The notes under the pieces are model-generated. The model had not been told where the DNA came from and ran no database searches. It worked only from the letters and a program-made list of their open reading frames with translations. Shown one piece after another: positions 1 through 14,000 of a stretch of 64,000 bases of DNA. The DNA is taken from assembly GCA_044892505.1 (NCBI GenBank), contig CM097882.1, forward strand, positions 148,738,001 to 148,802,000. The letters are read 5' to 3'. The number at the start of each line of letters is the position of its first letter. The stretch's first letter is position 1. The DNA comes from Schmidtea nova (taxonomy: Eukaryota). The position numbers and the translations under genes are program-made.

Positions 1-1839
1 AATTAATTAATAATAAAATAAAAATAATAATAAAAAATTCCAAACATTTAAACAAAACACATTTTAAAAATGGCGCCAAAAACGCGCGATAACTCATACG
101 GATCCAGACTCCTCACGTCCTTCTACTCACATCACTTTCTCCTTCTTGACTTCATATTTTAATATAATAATATTACTAAATTTTTTTTGAGACTCCAATT
201 TAAATATTTTCTACAGCTGTGATTCAAAATCATACATTTTAAATTCATCAGGCTAGATTTAAAAAATGTATTTTTATAAAACTGTTTTGAAATTTAAAAT
301 TCTTACATTTTTAATAAACTCCTACATTTGTACATTGTACTTTTAAAATTGAATATTACATTGGGCAAAAACTAGACCAACTAAGGGGTGTCTGAAATGG
401 ACTATAACACATCATGAAGAGACCACACACGAAGTGCATTTAAATAAAAACTACTTACTTTTTGCGAGTATCCACCCATTAGTTACATTACCAACGTTGA
501 TTTGCGATGGATAACTTGTCATTACGCAAAAGTTATGGAGTTACTTTGGTTATAGTTTCTGTTATAGTTTAGTTATACACCAAAAAATACATAATTAATT
601 TTATTTTCTTGAATTTATATTTTAATTTCTTGATTTATTTTTAATATTTAAATAATCACAGTTTGCTACAGACTTTTTCACACGAAAATAATGTTCGGAA
701 ATGTATTAAGATAAAAAATTTATTATATTTCAAAACTCATAATGAAAAAAATCTAACTTTGTTATCCAGGAAATATTACACGAAATAACCTGTATAAAAT
801 TGATTATTTAAAACAAATTTTAATTGCCAATTAAGTCGTTGATGGCAAAAACAATCTCACGAAAAGTATTATTTAGCAGGCAAGAGGAAATAATGCCAAA
901 ACACATCCGGTATTACTAGAATCGATTATCAACCCCCTTACCCGTTATAAGCGTTTCAAAATATTTACTAATCTTGGTAAATCATTGAAAAATGATCGCA
1001 GTTTCATAAAAGTTTTTGGTAAATAATATTTCCAACAGTTTAAAATTTTTTGAAACTTGTTTTAATTATAAACTTATTCATATTTATTATAAATGTAACA
1101 TGAAATTTTAAATTTTTGCGAATCATTGTGATTTATTTTGCGTGTATTTTCCCCAACTGCTTAATGTTGCGGATCAGAGATTTTATAACTTTTTCATAAT
1201 ATATGATTTACAATATATGTCTACAATAATGATGATTTTCTTTCCGTATTTTGAGCTCCAGATTTCTGATTCCGTAGAAAAAGAGTTAATTAAAATAAAA
1301 TATAACTTGAGAAATAAATAATGTTAATAATAAAATTAAAGTTGGATTTTTACTGTTTGCAAATTTAAGATATGAATATTTATATTTAAAATTATATAAT
1401 TACGGTTATACATTTATNNNNNNNNNNNNNNNNNNNNNNNNNNNNNNNNNNNNNNNNNNNNNNNNNNNNNNNNNNNNNNNNNNNNNNNNNNNNNNNNNNN
1501 NNNNNNNNNNNNNNNNNNNNNNNNNNNNNNNNNNNNNNNNNNNNNNNNNNNNNNNNNNNNNGGTAGCGGAGTATTTTTAACATATAATAATATGATTATG
1601 CTATTATTCCTGATCTATGAGAGATATAATTTAAATTAATATTATTTAATTTACATTACGTGATTTTTCGTGGGTTTCAGTTAGTTTATATTATAAAAGT
1701 TAAAAGTGAATTTTTAAGCCCCTTTGAAATTTTTAGATAATATACGATTTGATGGTCGTTTTAAAATTTAAATTAATTATTATTAAAAGATTTAAATAAT
1801 TTAAATAATTCAAATAATTTAAATATTTAAATAATATTA

Positions 1840-2740
1840 ATTCTAGTAAGTGGTGATTCCTTGGTAGCAGCATTAAGTATTAAATAAATTAATAGATAAC
1901 AAAATAAGCCTTTGCTGCAAAATGTCTTTTATTAATGAAAAATCTTCGATTTTAAAATAATCCTCTTCAAATATAATTCGAAATATAAGTGGTATCTTCA
2001 TCCATTTCTACTGATTCTTTCTCGTGAATTATTTTTATTTTCATTGGATGTATATCCGATTAATATACATTTTATATTTTAAGATGTTTTTTGTTAAAAA
2101 TTTAAAAAACAAAATAAAAACTCTAAAATTTAAATTTTTCCGAACAAATATAAATTTTCTACGTTTTTTAAAAAGATCTTCTCAATTTCAAATAAAAAAA
2201 TTTTTTTTTTAATTTATCCGTTCTAAAATTAAAATTTTTCCCCTTTTATTGTCTGTATTCTATATTCTTATTTTTAACCTTTGATATTTGAATTTTAAAA
2301 TTAATTTAATTATATATCTCTTTGAAATACCCATATATTTTTTGTACTTTCTTTTTTCTTTACCTTTTCCTTTTTCTCTTTCTTCTTTGTAGAACAACAT
2401 GTTTTTAACAAGGTAATAAGTGGCTGATGCAGCTAACTTCCTCTTTAGAATTAAGTTTTGGGTGTTTGTCTCTAATGAAAATAGCTTCTTTCAGTCTGAG
2501 ATTTTTTTCATCATTTTCGCTTGTCAATATTCTCACTAATACTAAATTTTCTTTATTTTCTGTCTGACATTGGTGAAGATGTCAATATACAGATGACTTT
2601 CCACCAGGATCAAGATGTTCTTTAATTCTTTAATGTAAAGTTCGAAGAGTGCTTCCAATGTAAATTTCTTCGCATAATAAAAATGGTGAAATGCATTCAA
2701 TTTTCATTATTATCGATTTTTATAACTTTTTTGCTAAAAA
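1840..2740 (-). mobile_element. Penelope-like element (family A) 3' remnant: GIY-YIG endonuclease + pseudo-LTR
   Basis: Degenerate translation ...CEEIYIGSTLRTLH*RIKEH.../ILTSENDEKNLRLKEAIFIRDKHPKLNSKEE. The downstream sequence recurs at 58020-58500 and 8901-9056. Confidence 0.75.
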
Positions 2741-3029
2741 TTTAATTAAATTCTTCTTTTTCTTGATTTCATTTTTCGTGATTTCATTTTTAATGATTTA
2801 TTCTTTATAGATTTTTTTAATGATATTTTCTTTACCTTGTTAAAGATTTTTACTTTTTGTGGTTTTTGATCATCGGTTTTACCAATAATTGAATTTAAAG
2901 GTTGAAAAATAACTTTTTTGAATGACATTTTAATTAATTAATTTTACGCTTTCAATTTTATTTTTATTTTTTATTAAAATGATCAGTTCGAATACGTAAA
3001 TTATCAGGACATAAACATAATAAATAATA

Positions 3030-3091
3030 ATTACTCACCAATTGCCTGTAATAAGTGTCTTCGTGGCCCTTAATTGCAGACTGTTGGCGTA
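3030..3091 (+). mobile_element. Isolated right TIR of the Tc1/IS630-like family seen at 42933-46153
   Basis: gtggcccttaattgcagactgttggcgTA matches the ends at 44075-44103 and 46120-46153. Confidence 0.55.
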
Positions 3092-4826
3092 AAAGGATAC
3101 AGTTATACCCAACTATTAAAAACAGTCTTGATTATTGCGCTCCCAAGCTGTTAGTACATAAAATCTACCATTTTATTGGTATGAACATTGAGTAGCTGCT
3201 GGAAACGCACTACGATAAGGTGCTTAGAGATGAAGTGAAAACTTTGAAAACTACATTGTATGTAAGAATATAATTAGATTTTCTTGCACGACTGGCTGCG
3301 CTTGCTGTCACAATTTTAAAAGACAACATGCGCATCAAAACTGGTAGCGGAAATTTGAAAAGTCTACTAGCATATTTATAACGCAAAGAAGAATCAATTC
3401 AAAGATAATTTTTATTGAATAAAAATTTATTTTTTGATACGTGTTTAATATGTGTTTATTACTTTTTATAATCTACCGTTTTTATTGTAAGTTTTTAACT
3501 GTGTAATAAAACTTATTATTTTTGCTGGTAAATCTTGACTACTTTTACTTTTGAATTTTCTATTATGAACCTTTTGTCCGTCTTTGATTGAGGAATTTCG
3601 TTTTGAGGCTTTTTACTTGTAGATTTTTGTGAATTACGATAGTTTTTGTGTTTATTTTATCGTGTTTTTACTTGTGCAAGGTTTGAATTTGACGGTGTTG
3701 GCATGTTGACCCTTTTTATCGGTGATTTTGTTGAATTAATTTTAACTTGAAATTCAAAGATTTTTTAAAAATTAAATTAAAAAAGAAATTGTTACAAAAT
3801 CAGTTACGTCATTGATTGCATCGTTAAGTAAATCCACCAATCCCACAATAACATATTACATCATTGATTACGAAATAAAATATTTTATAATTGATTACAT
3901 AATTGTAAAGTATTAGGCGACGTTGCATGATTACATAATGAAAAAATTATTCCCCAATTTTTTTTGGGGCTACTGGATAATAATTACGTAATGTATACAG
4001 TTTAAAGATAAATTACTTGTGCCAGACGCGCTTACTTCCTTCTACTGTGGGATAAACAACTCCCAAATCAGTAAAAATCAAGAAACTAACATGTTGACAA
4101 TCATAGTTTATCTAAATACAAAAGTTAAAACCAGACCTCTATCGTCAGTTCTGCTCGGACGAATGCATATTAAAAATAAAAACTTGTGTTATTTTTAAAG
4201 TTTCCAATTTTATTTGCGTAAATCTACCAGAATTGATTTCACTCAATATTTCTAATAAATTTTGAAAAATGCATTTTAAAGAATGTTTTATAATTTCTAT
4301 GTAGAAAATTAAATTTCTTCATCAATAACCACTTTTATTTTGAAAACTTTTGATCTTTTATTTAAATTTCAGATATTTTTCGTCAAGCAATATTTTACTT
4401 ATTTATATATAATTCCAAACACGTGACCTCGAAACCAATATGCAATATTAAAACAACATTTACATTTTATAATTATTTTAAATTTTAATTTTAAAGTTCA
4501 GAAATTTACAGATTAAAAATATAATTCAGCAATTATTTATATTTTAAGGCTTTTTATTAAAAATTGCTTAAATGAAATAGAATTGCGCAATATTTCTTGA
4601 TAAATGTGATAAATTTACCATTCATTAAAATAGTATTAAAAATAATTAAAATTAATTTCCATTGTTTACTTATGGTTTTCTCATATTGAATGTATTAAAT
4701 TCGGGAAATGAAAACGATACAAATTCAATTAATGTATGATGTTTGGATAGAATAACAAGCCACAAAGATAATAGAAACGTATCATGTAAGTATCTCTGAG
4801 TAGTACGAGGATATCAGCAATCATGA

Positions 4827-5000
4827 TTAGTAATTATTATCATATATCCCATTTCCAGAATTGAGATTAGAATTTTTGAGGCGCATTTCCTTATCGTATA
4901 TGGAATTGTCACTATTTGGAAATTTATTCGGTTTTATGTTTGTCAATAAAAGACTATTTTCCTCGTTTGGCGGAATTGGTACTACAGTATTGTCAGGATT
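4827..5000 (-). CDS. nrg: nrg exon 8: cytoplasmic tail and stop
   Basis: After a 51-bp intron: tttctag|NPDNTVVPIPPNEENSLLLTNIKPNKFPNSDNSIYDKEMRLKNSNLNSGNGIYDNNY*. Confidence 0.85.
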   Translation of the reverse strand, partial: NPDNTVVPIPPNEENSLLLTNIKPNKFPNSDNSIYDKEMRLKNSNLNSGNGIYDNNY

Positions 5001-8000
5001 CTAGAAACACAAATAAATAACTAAAATTACTAAAAAATGTTTGTTCATTACAGAAATCTTAAATCCAATCTCTGACTTTTTATTCGCTTTACCTTCAGTA
5101 GTTCGTTTTCGGTGTCTATAAATAAACTTATAAAAATGATAACATTTTTAAAATTATCATCATTTAAAAAAAATAATATACATTCAAAATAAAAGCAGGT
5201 TTTTCAAGTAACCCAATTCTTTAAATTAGAAATTCTTGTGTTATCAAAACTTAAAAATTTCTCGAACTGTTTAAAGTAAGGCAAAGAAAATTTTCCTAGA
5301 TATTCAGAATATGAAAATAAAGCGAACAGTAATATTTTTGAAAGGTCATCTTTTTTTATATTGAATCTGCTATAACAGAAGAGTTAATAAAGTCGATCGC
5401 GTAATAATTGTTAGTCGATCCCCAAACATGTATAATAAGTGTTTTCTTACTGCATTTTTAAAAAAGCAATTTCTTAAGCAAAGTTTTAGAAAAAGGAGAT
5501 TACGGAGACTTTTTATTGATAAAAGTAGAATTTATGTAAAAATTAGTTAACATCTTTGTATCATAAACATGAAATTTGTTTGTGACACTCATGTGAGAGT
5601 TTTTGTGGTCTGTTAGGAAATAATTGAAAATAGTTTTTTCTCTATTTGAAGTTTGACGGTATGCTTAAATCATGATATATTTGTTTTTTGTTGTCCCCTG
5701 ATCCTGACTGCATGTTACTAATAAGTATGTGTGCACGGAGTTAAATATGTTAATTTAAATGCATTTTTATTATAACGGTCACACAACATTGATATAGAAT
5801 TTGTTGAAATATAAAATAGCGTTATTTAATATTTTGCAAAACTTAGATTATTATAAATATTTTTCTAGTGAAATATTCATTATCAAGTTCAAAATGGTTT
5901 TGTGAATAAAAATCTATTAAACCTTAATGGTGACGGTGTAATCTGGAGTCTGAGAATTCATCACGAACAATTACTTCATAACAGTCTAAAATCTCTAATA
6001 GTTTTAGATGTCAAACTTATTTTATATTTTTAATTATTCAAACTAATAATATTAAAACTGAAAAGTAAATAAAAATAAAAATTTATCTAAAATAAAAAAT
6101 ACTCATTATCTATCACTAATCATCGCGGCTTTGAAATTTGATAATATTTGTACGAAAAGCAACATTGTTGTATTTATTTTATGTAAAATATACCGGAAGA
6201 AATTATTTCATGGTCGTTAAAGTCAACTTTTACAAGTTAACACGTTTGAGTATTTCAGACATTCAACCTTTTTGTGAATAATCAACATATCTTTTCCATG
6301 AGGATTTCATAAACCTTTTCAAATATTACATACAATGACATAGGTAGTAGAACATATTTGTCAAGAGGTCACATTTTCGAAATTTTAACTCAAACGAATT
6401 CGAACATTGTATACGTTTTTCTTATAATGTATAAAACCCAACAAAAGCAAAAGAAAATTTCGTTACAAAGCGTCGGCGCGAAAGGATTTAATTTTATTTT
6501 GTTTTGAACAATTGTTTGAATAATGGCCATATACTTTATCAGACCATTTTGGTCGTAACGTTCCACAAAAATAAGACAAATATACCAAAAGATATGGATT
6601 TTTCTCGTGTAAAAATTCGAACTCTGAGTGGTAGAAAATGTAAAAAATTAACTAATTAATACAGTTTTCAAAACTTAGTAGGTCTTTTGGCACGGCACCA
6701 TGAACCAAAATGAGAAATGCACTAATATCGTACTGTAAATGGGTTTCATATCAAATTTATTAATAATTTTCATTTTATAATTTTTAATCAGTTTACAATA
6801 AGATAGTTAACAAAAATTAAATAATGTAAGAAATACTTTGTGAAATAAAATTTCCACAGGCAAACTATGACAATTAGAATTAAAATGCAGCCTGCCAAAA
6901 CAATAAGACATCCGATTATTATATATTTTACCGCTAATTTTGAGTTTTGTTCAGCTATGAATTCTNNNNNNNNNNNNNNNNNNNNNNNNNNNNNNNNNNN
7001 NNNNNNNNNNNNNNNNNNNNNNNNNNNNNNNNNNNNNNNNNNNNNNNNNNNNNNNNNNNNNNNNNNNNNNNNNNNNNNNNNNNNNNNNNNNNNNNNNNNN
7101 NNNNNNNNNNNNNNNNNNNNNNNNNNNNNNNNNNNNNNNNNNNNNNNNNNNNNNNNNNNNNNNNNNNNNNNNNNNNNNNNNNNNNNNNNNNNNNNNNNNN
7201 NNNNNNNNNNNNNNNNNNNNNNNNNNNNNNNNNNNNNNNNNNNNNNNNNNNNNNNNNNNNNNNNNNNNNNNNNNNNNNNNNNNNNNNNNNNNNNNNNNNN
7301 NNNNNNNNNNNNNNNNNNNNNNNNNNNNNNNNNNNNNNNNNNNNNNNNNNNNNNNNNNNNNNNNNNNNNNNNNNNNNNNNNNNNNNNNNNNNNNNNNNNN
7401 NNNNNNNNNNNNNNNNNNNNNNNNNNNNNNNNNNNNNNNNNNNNNNNNNNNNNNNNNNNNNNNNNNNNNNNNNNNNNNNNNNNNNNNNNNNNNNNNNNNN
7501 NNNNNNNNNNNNNNNNNNNNNNNNNNNNNNNNNNNNNNNNNNNNNNNNNNNNNNNNNNNNNNNNNNNNNNNNNNNATAACATTTTACATAGGAAGGATAT
7601 TCTTCACTATGATAGTTATGCAAATTTATTTTCTAATTACATTTTTTAATTAGCTTATTGTTATTTATGCAGTAAGTCGTCTGTATTTGTATTATTTATA
7701 AAATTATTGAAACTTTCAGTAATAAATATTATCGTAAAGTAATTGATTTTCACGGATTTTATAAAATGTATGATAAAAAAATAAATATTCAATGAGTAAC
7801 TAAAAATTTTACTTTATTTTTATTAATAATAATTTTGTAGACTCTTATTAAGCTTACCACATGTCCCGATTTCACAGGAATTGTTCCGCCGTCCAAATCA
7901 ATTTGAAATCTTGTCCTTGTTTTAATTAGAGTTTACTTAAAATTAACTTTTTCTGTTAGAAAGTGAGACTTTTTCACAGACAATAATATCAAAACTTTGG

Positions 8001-11000
8001 TAGTCATATTCTATTTGTGAAAAAACAAGTTCTATGCTTTGAATTACATTTCTTATGTTTTTTAAATATATTTGGATCAACAAATTTTGTAATGACGCCT
8101 GTCCCTGGCTGCAGGCTTTATTGCAAACAAATAGGGAAGCTTGTTCATTTTATAAAGGTCAGTGGTTGCAGTGGTCATTTATAAATTTCAATTTACTGTC
8201 CCTTTTGAAAAGACTTTGCAAAATTGCCAAAAAACTCGAAAATGATTACCTTTTTCTGAAATAAGCTCTATTTGGCAATGTAAAATGTTAGTAATATTTT
8301 GCGCAGTTCTCTGTGATTAATGGATAAATAAAATATTACACGTTCTTTAAAATATCAAAACCCCAATACAATATTTGCTTTTACTGCAAAATTGTCAAAA
8401 CTAAATACATACAAAAAGGTCGAAAACAACTGAAATGTACTAAAAAAATCATTGTTCATTTTCGTACAATTCTTCATGACTTTGGTTTCAATAAATTTGA
8501 CTGTCTGTCAAAATCTATCTCAAAACTCTTTAAATCAAAATTGCATTTTGAACGAACAAGGTATAAAAATCTAATGAAAAAATCTAGCTGGCTAAAAATT
8601 TAGTCAGAGTAAACCTTTGGAAATTTTCTATGCAAGCTTCGAACTGAAATGATGTTAGTAGAGGGATATGAGGGCATGAGAACAAAGACACACCGAGGAC
8701 GGGTAAACAAAAGTATTCTGAGTCATGATATGACTCATCATTTATCTAGAACAAAGGCAACAAGTCATGCGATGACTCATCGGATGTGTCATACATTTAT
8801 AGAACAAAGGCATAGAGTTATGCTTTTTAGAACAAAAACCATGGTCATCATCAAAAAAAATTCTAAGTTACTTTAAACAAAGAACTTTTAAGAGTATAAA
8901 ATGGTGATTCCTTGGTAGCAGCATTAAGTATTAAATTAATTAATAAATAAGTAACAAAATAAGTAACAAATTAAGCCTTTGCTGCAAAAATAATTTTATT
9001 AAGTGAGAAAATTATTTTTGCAGCAAAGGCTTATTTTGTTACTTATTTATTAATTAAAAGAACTTTTATTTAGACAAAGTAAACCTTTCAAAAATAAGTT
9101 TTAAATATTATTTTTTATATTATTTGCCACCCTGATAATTCCTCTTCTACTTCCTTATCAATATTTATATTTTTTTCCAACGAAAACTTTAGAGTATCAA
9201 AGTGAATGTTACATAATTTAATATATAATTTCAAATATTCTTGTTCAAATGTTCTTGTAGTAATGATATAAAAACGTCATTGAATTTTTTATTAAAAATT
9301 TTTAAATATTTAAAATAAGGAATTAAAATCATTAGCTGAAATTCCACAGAGACTCTCAGGCAATTTATAGTTGAGAAATTTTTAAAATAGTAAAATTCAT
9401 GATTTTTGGAAATAACTTTAAAGTTGAAAGAATTATATAGAAATATATTTTATAAAATAAAAATATTCATCCAGTGAAGGGTTGAATTTATTTAAAATAA
9501 TATATATTACCATTAATGGGTGTTTTCATATAGTATCTGTTTTCACAGTTATTGCCAAAAAAGTTCAAAAAACATCTTAAAAAAATTTACAACCATCAAT
9601 AAAATAATATTATGTAATTATTTTTCTTACTCGCAGTATGTCGTTTGAGTTGTATAATTTTTAAGAAATATTCCTTGATTATTGCAATATTTTTTATCCA
9701 TGTATTTTAATCTTTCCACTAAGTTATATGAAACTGAAAAAAAATCTTTAAAAACCAAAAATATAAACATTTATTTACCTGTTTTGGAAACGTCGACACA
9801 AGTCGGTCCCGCAAATCCTTTATTACACCTGGAAATTACACAAATAATATTTTCATTATGAAAATTATACCAAAAGAAATTAAATAATTTATTATTTATG
9901 TCAAATGGTGATCAAATAGTGAATACATTTGATACAAATAAATATCACAAATTCCTAGATAGAAAATTTCAAATAAATGAAAATTAGAATAGAATATTCA
10001 ATTACTTCGATAAACTTTGATAAAAATTGTTTTAGACATTCGCAATTGAAATAAACAATTACCAAATATTGAGCATTGATTTATTTTTATAATGTTAACA
10101 TTTTTATATAAACATTAATTGATATCAATAATTCCCATAATGGTAAGACTATAGATCAAATTTTTTTAACAAGTACACAATATTCCGGCACAGCCTTTAT
10201 CAAGTGTGTATTTGGTAATACACAATTGATAAAGGCTGTGCTTAAATAATGTGACTTTTAATATAATGATTACACATGGAACCGGTAATTCGAGTATAAA
10301 ATTACAAATTATAAAAATTACATTTACTTTGTAAGATTAATATAAAAAGTATTTTTAGTTGAGAATTCACCAAAACAAAAACAATTGAAAAATGAAAAAC
10401 AACAACAAAAATAAAACTCATTAAAGGATAATAATTGTCAATAAATATTTTGGAAAAAAACATTTGTCGAATGACTTATTTGTTTTTAACAAGTAAAGCT
10501 TGTGATTTTTTGTGATACCCAGTGCAAATCCCCAATAGCAGACTAGTTTCGAGCTTTTGGCTCTCATCAGTGCAATGCAGAATACGAGAAAATTTCTCTC
10601 CGCGCCTAGTAAGTATAAAACAAAGTCAAAAGATTTTTGTTATATACTATACCTGGTACACTGGATAACAAAAATATATATAATAAAAATCTTTCAACTT
10701 TGTTTTATACTTACCAGGCGCGGAGAGAAATTTTCTCGTCTTCTGCATAGCACTGATGAGAGCCAAAAGCTCGAAACTAGTCTGCTATTGGGGATTTGCA
10801 CTGGGTATCACAAAAAATCACAAGATTTACTTGTTAAAAACAAATAAGTCATTCGACAAATGTTTTTTTATTTAATACAGGAGTGTACAACCCGCAGCCC
10901 GAGGCACTCTTATATTTATAATCATGTTTTTTGTTGTTCGTTCATTATATGTTTTCTTTTTATATCTAGTTTCCCCCTCAAATTTACCATTGAAAAATTT

Positions 11001-14000
11001 GATAAGTACAAAGTTATTTGTAAAGCCAGTAAAAATAATAAGTAGGAAATTTTCCAATAATTCCTACTTATGCGCGGCCTTTGGTGCAATTTTAGTTGGC
11101 CAGCCCTGATTTAAGATATCGGAAAAGGAAATTTTTACCAAATAGTTCCAATTAATGAACCAATAAAACTGATGTCAATAATGATTTAAAACTTTTAAAT
11201 GATAGAGTTTATTGACTTAATTAATGAAGAAAACAATTTTATTTAGTATTTGTAAGAATAATTAAATAAAAATACTATTTAATTTTCAGTTTTAAATATA
11301 TTTAAGTACTATAATAAAATTAGATAATAAAATTATAAATTAGCATAATAAATTAAATATAAATATTGAATTATTAATTGGTGTAGGGGTTGCAACTTTC
11401 ATTGCAGATACCTCTAAAACAAAATTAAACAAGAAATATTCAATACACATTTATTTAAAAAAATATCTTCTTTTCTGAGTTTTCCAATTTTTTTGCGTTT
11501 ATAAATTTCTTGCGTTTGGGATTTCAAATCAATTATAAATTTCTTGTGTTTTGGATTTCAAATTTATTGTAAATTTCTTGCGTTTGGATTTCAAATTAGT
11601 TGTAAATTGCTTGCGTTTGGATTTCAAATTAGTTGTAAATTGTTTGCGTTTGGATTTCAAATTTATTGTAAATTGCTTGCGTTTTAATTTCAAATCGGAT
11701 CTCTTTTTCTTCTTTTAAACAAACTTTTTTATATATAAATATCTCTCTTTTTATTTAATATAGTTATGTAAATATAATGTATTAAATTAGTTAAAATATA
11801 AATAAATATATATATGACGGAGGCACTACAATTGGCTTGACTGTAAATTTCACATTTAAGAATGTTTGAAAATTAAAATATAAAATATTTATTGAATGCT
11901 TGTGTGTGAATATTCCCTATTCAATTTATAACTCATGCTTGTAAAAATATTAAATATGAAAAAGCAATTGTTTTAATAAATTTGTGTTGTGTTTAAAAAT
12001 ATCGTTTTTTGAAATTTTGATATGTTCGTAATCTAATAAACCAAACAAATAACATTATTTATAAAATTTTAATGATAAATCTTAGAATTTATTTCAAAAT
12101 TGGCAATTTCGTTTGATTCTAATCATCAATTTTGCAAATTGAGTAAGGTCGTATTTGCAAGATATATAACGAATTTCATTTTAATAATTTAAAAAAATAA
12201 TGAGTAACTTTATCATACTGCTTTTATAAATTTGGATTATGTAAAAAACAATTATTTTCTTTCAAAATATCTGAAAAGACTTTTCAATTTAATTATGACA
12301 TTAATTTAATAATTAAATTATTAATTTAGTATTATATTAAATAAACTTTTTTTCTTTTTGTTTTAAATAAGCAAATAAACGCACTTTTTCACTTTCAAAA
12401 ATAACCAACATGACGAACATGCTCCAAGAAGAATTTACAATTATCAAATCAAAATCGGAAATAAAATCTAATGAAATATTTTCAAATCCTGACGTTGTGA
12501 CGAATCAGAGATCTATGGAAATTCCGAGTGAAAAGAAGCTATCTTAATCCAATACTAATACTTATAAACTATCGGATTGTGTCAGTAACAATCGTCAGTC
12601 ATTGAATACGGGAATTCTTTCATCTTCATTTCAGTTATGTCCTCCGCCTGGAAGAGCAATAGCTCATTTACTCCAACAATTTGAAAACAATCCCCAATAT
12701 TTCTCATTGCTAACATTTCTAATGAGTCTTTGATTTTCAGTGTCTGCAATATGAGAGGTTAATGAGTTTTCCGATGTCGGTCCAATTGATGACAATCAGA
12801 CCCAGCAATCGTTTATGCATAGTGAAACCAATAATGAATTCAACCAAAACCATCGAATCCCGAACAAAATATGTGTAACGTGCAAACAATACCGAATCCA
12901 AGCACAATTAATCAAAGTCAACAAGTTATGCTGTAAAAAACTAGCGATTACGGAAGCCAAGCAATGCATTCATCAACTATAGTAGATTGGAATATAATGC
13001 ATTATGTTCTTAATCTTTTCCTTTTTCTACAACCCGCTGTAGTTTTAATATAAACAGCTGAATTTTTAAATTAAAAAAATTATCATAAATTAACCTTTTT
13101 AAACCTTTTTATAATATTATAATGTTGTAGCTTATATTTCTTAACAAATGTCATATTTTAATTAAATTTTAACTTTGACAATATATGTCGATTCTTTGAC
13201 GAGATATGACCATTTGAGCCAGCCACCGCTTCTTAAAGAAATTTTCACAAACTTTTTAAATTTATCATACTACAAAGATAAATAATTTCAAAGCCCATTT
13301 CCATCCAAACAAAGTACCATATCGAAAACATATTATCTGATAAAAATGTATTAGTATTGTTTTATTATTCCAAATCACTAAATGTTTGTTTCGTACGGCG
13401 TCCGGTTCTTGGTGTGAGGAGAGTCAGCAAAATTTCTTTTCAAAACTTTTGAAAAATATCTTGACTTTAACAGTGCATTTTTGTCGTGGTGGATATTATT
13501 GAAACAAGATACGTGTCTAATTGTAGCCCCACTCACGCTCTGTCGTATGAATAATCATTTACTTGCCATCACGATAAAAATGAAGAGAGAATAAATGTAA
13601 TTTTCAAAATTATATTTTTTAAAAATTTAATTTTTCCTGATTTTTTTAAAATTTTATTATTTTTAAATTAAATGGATTTTCTTAAAGTAGGAAAATAAAA
13701 ATAAAAATTACATAAAAATTCAATGAATAACAATGGGATAACAATTGATTACAATTTAAGTGATTTTCCAGTGATTTTCTAGAAATTTATTGACTGAAAA
13801 TTTCTTGTTTATATTAATTTATTTTCGGGGCCGAAATTAAATTACCATATTTAATCAAGTAAATAATATTGAAAAAATTGTCAAATAAAATTTATTCGAA
13901 TTGAATTTACCGACAAAATTTGGAGATTTTTTCTGATTTATCTTGATAACATTTTCCGTTGCCGTTGCAAAACTTTTCATCATTTGGTGAACACGAACTT

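Larger units (their letters stand above)
10454..10869. repeat. 415-bp near-perfect inverted repeat (inverted Penelope-type pseudo-LTR pair)
   Basis: Arms 10454-10638 and 10685-10869 differ at about 6 of 185 positions; each carries a hammerhead. Confidence 0.9.

Noticed and set aside
6675-6732. Possible alternative terminal exon after the TM exon (NTILVHFSFWFMVPCQKTY*)
   Set aside because: The phase fits, but the peptide is not tail-like and a better exon pair exists downstream; needs transcript evidence
10703-10725. ATACTTACCAGGCG resembling the U1 snRNA 5' end
   Set aside because: No stem-loops, Sm site or further similarity; it is part of the hairpin arm
12410-12990. Coding-looking plus-strand stretch (MTNMLQEEFTIIKSK...)
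   Set aside because: Multiple stops and no recognisable motif
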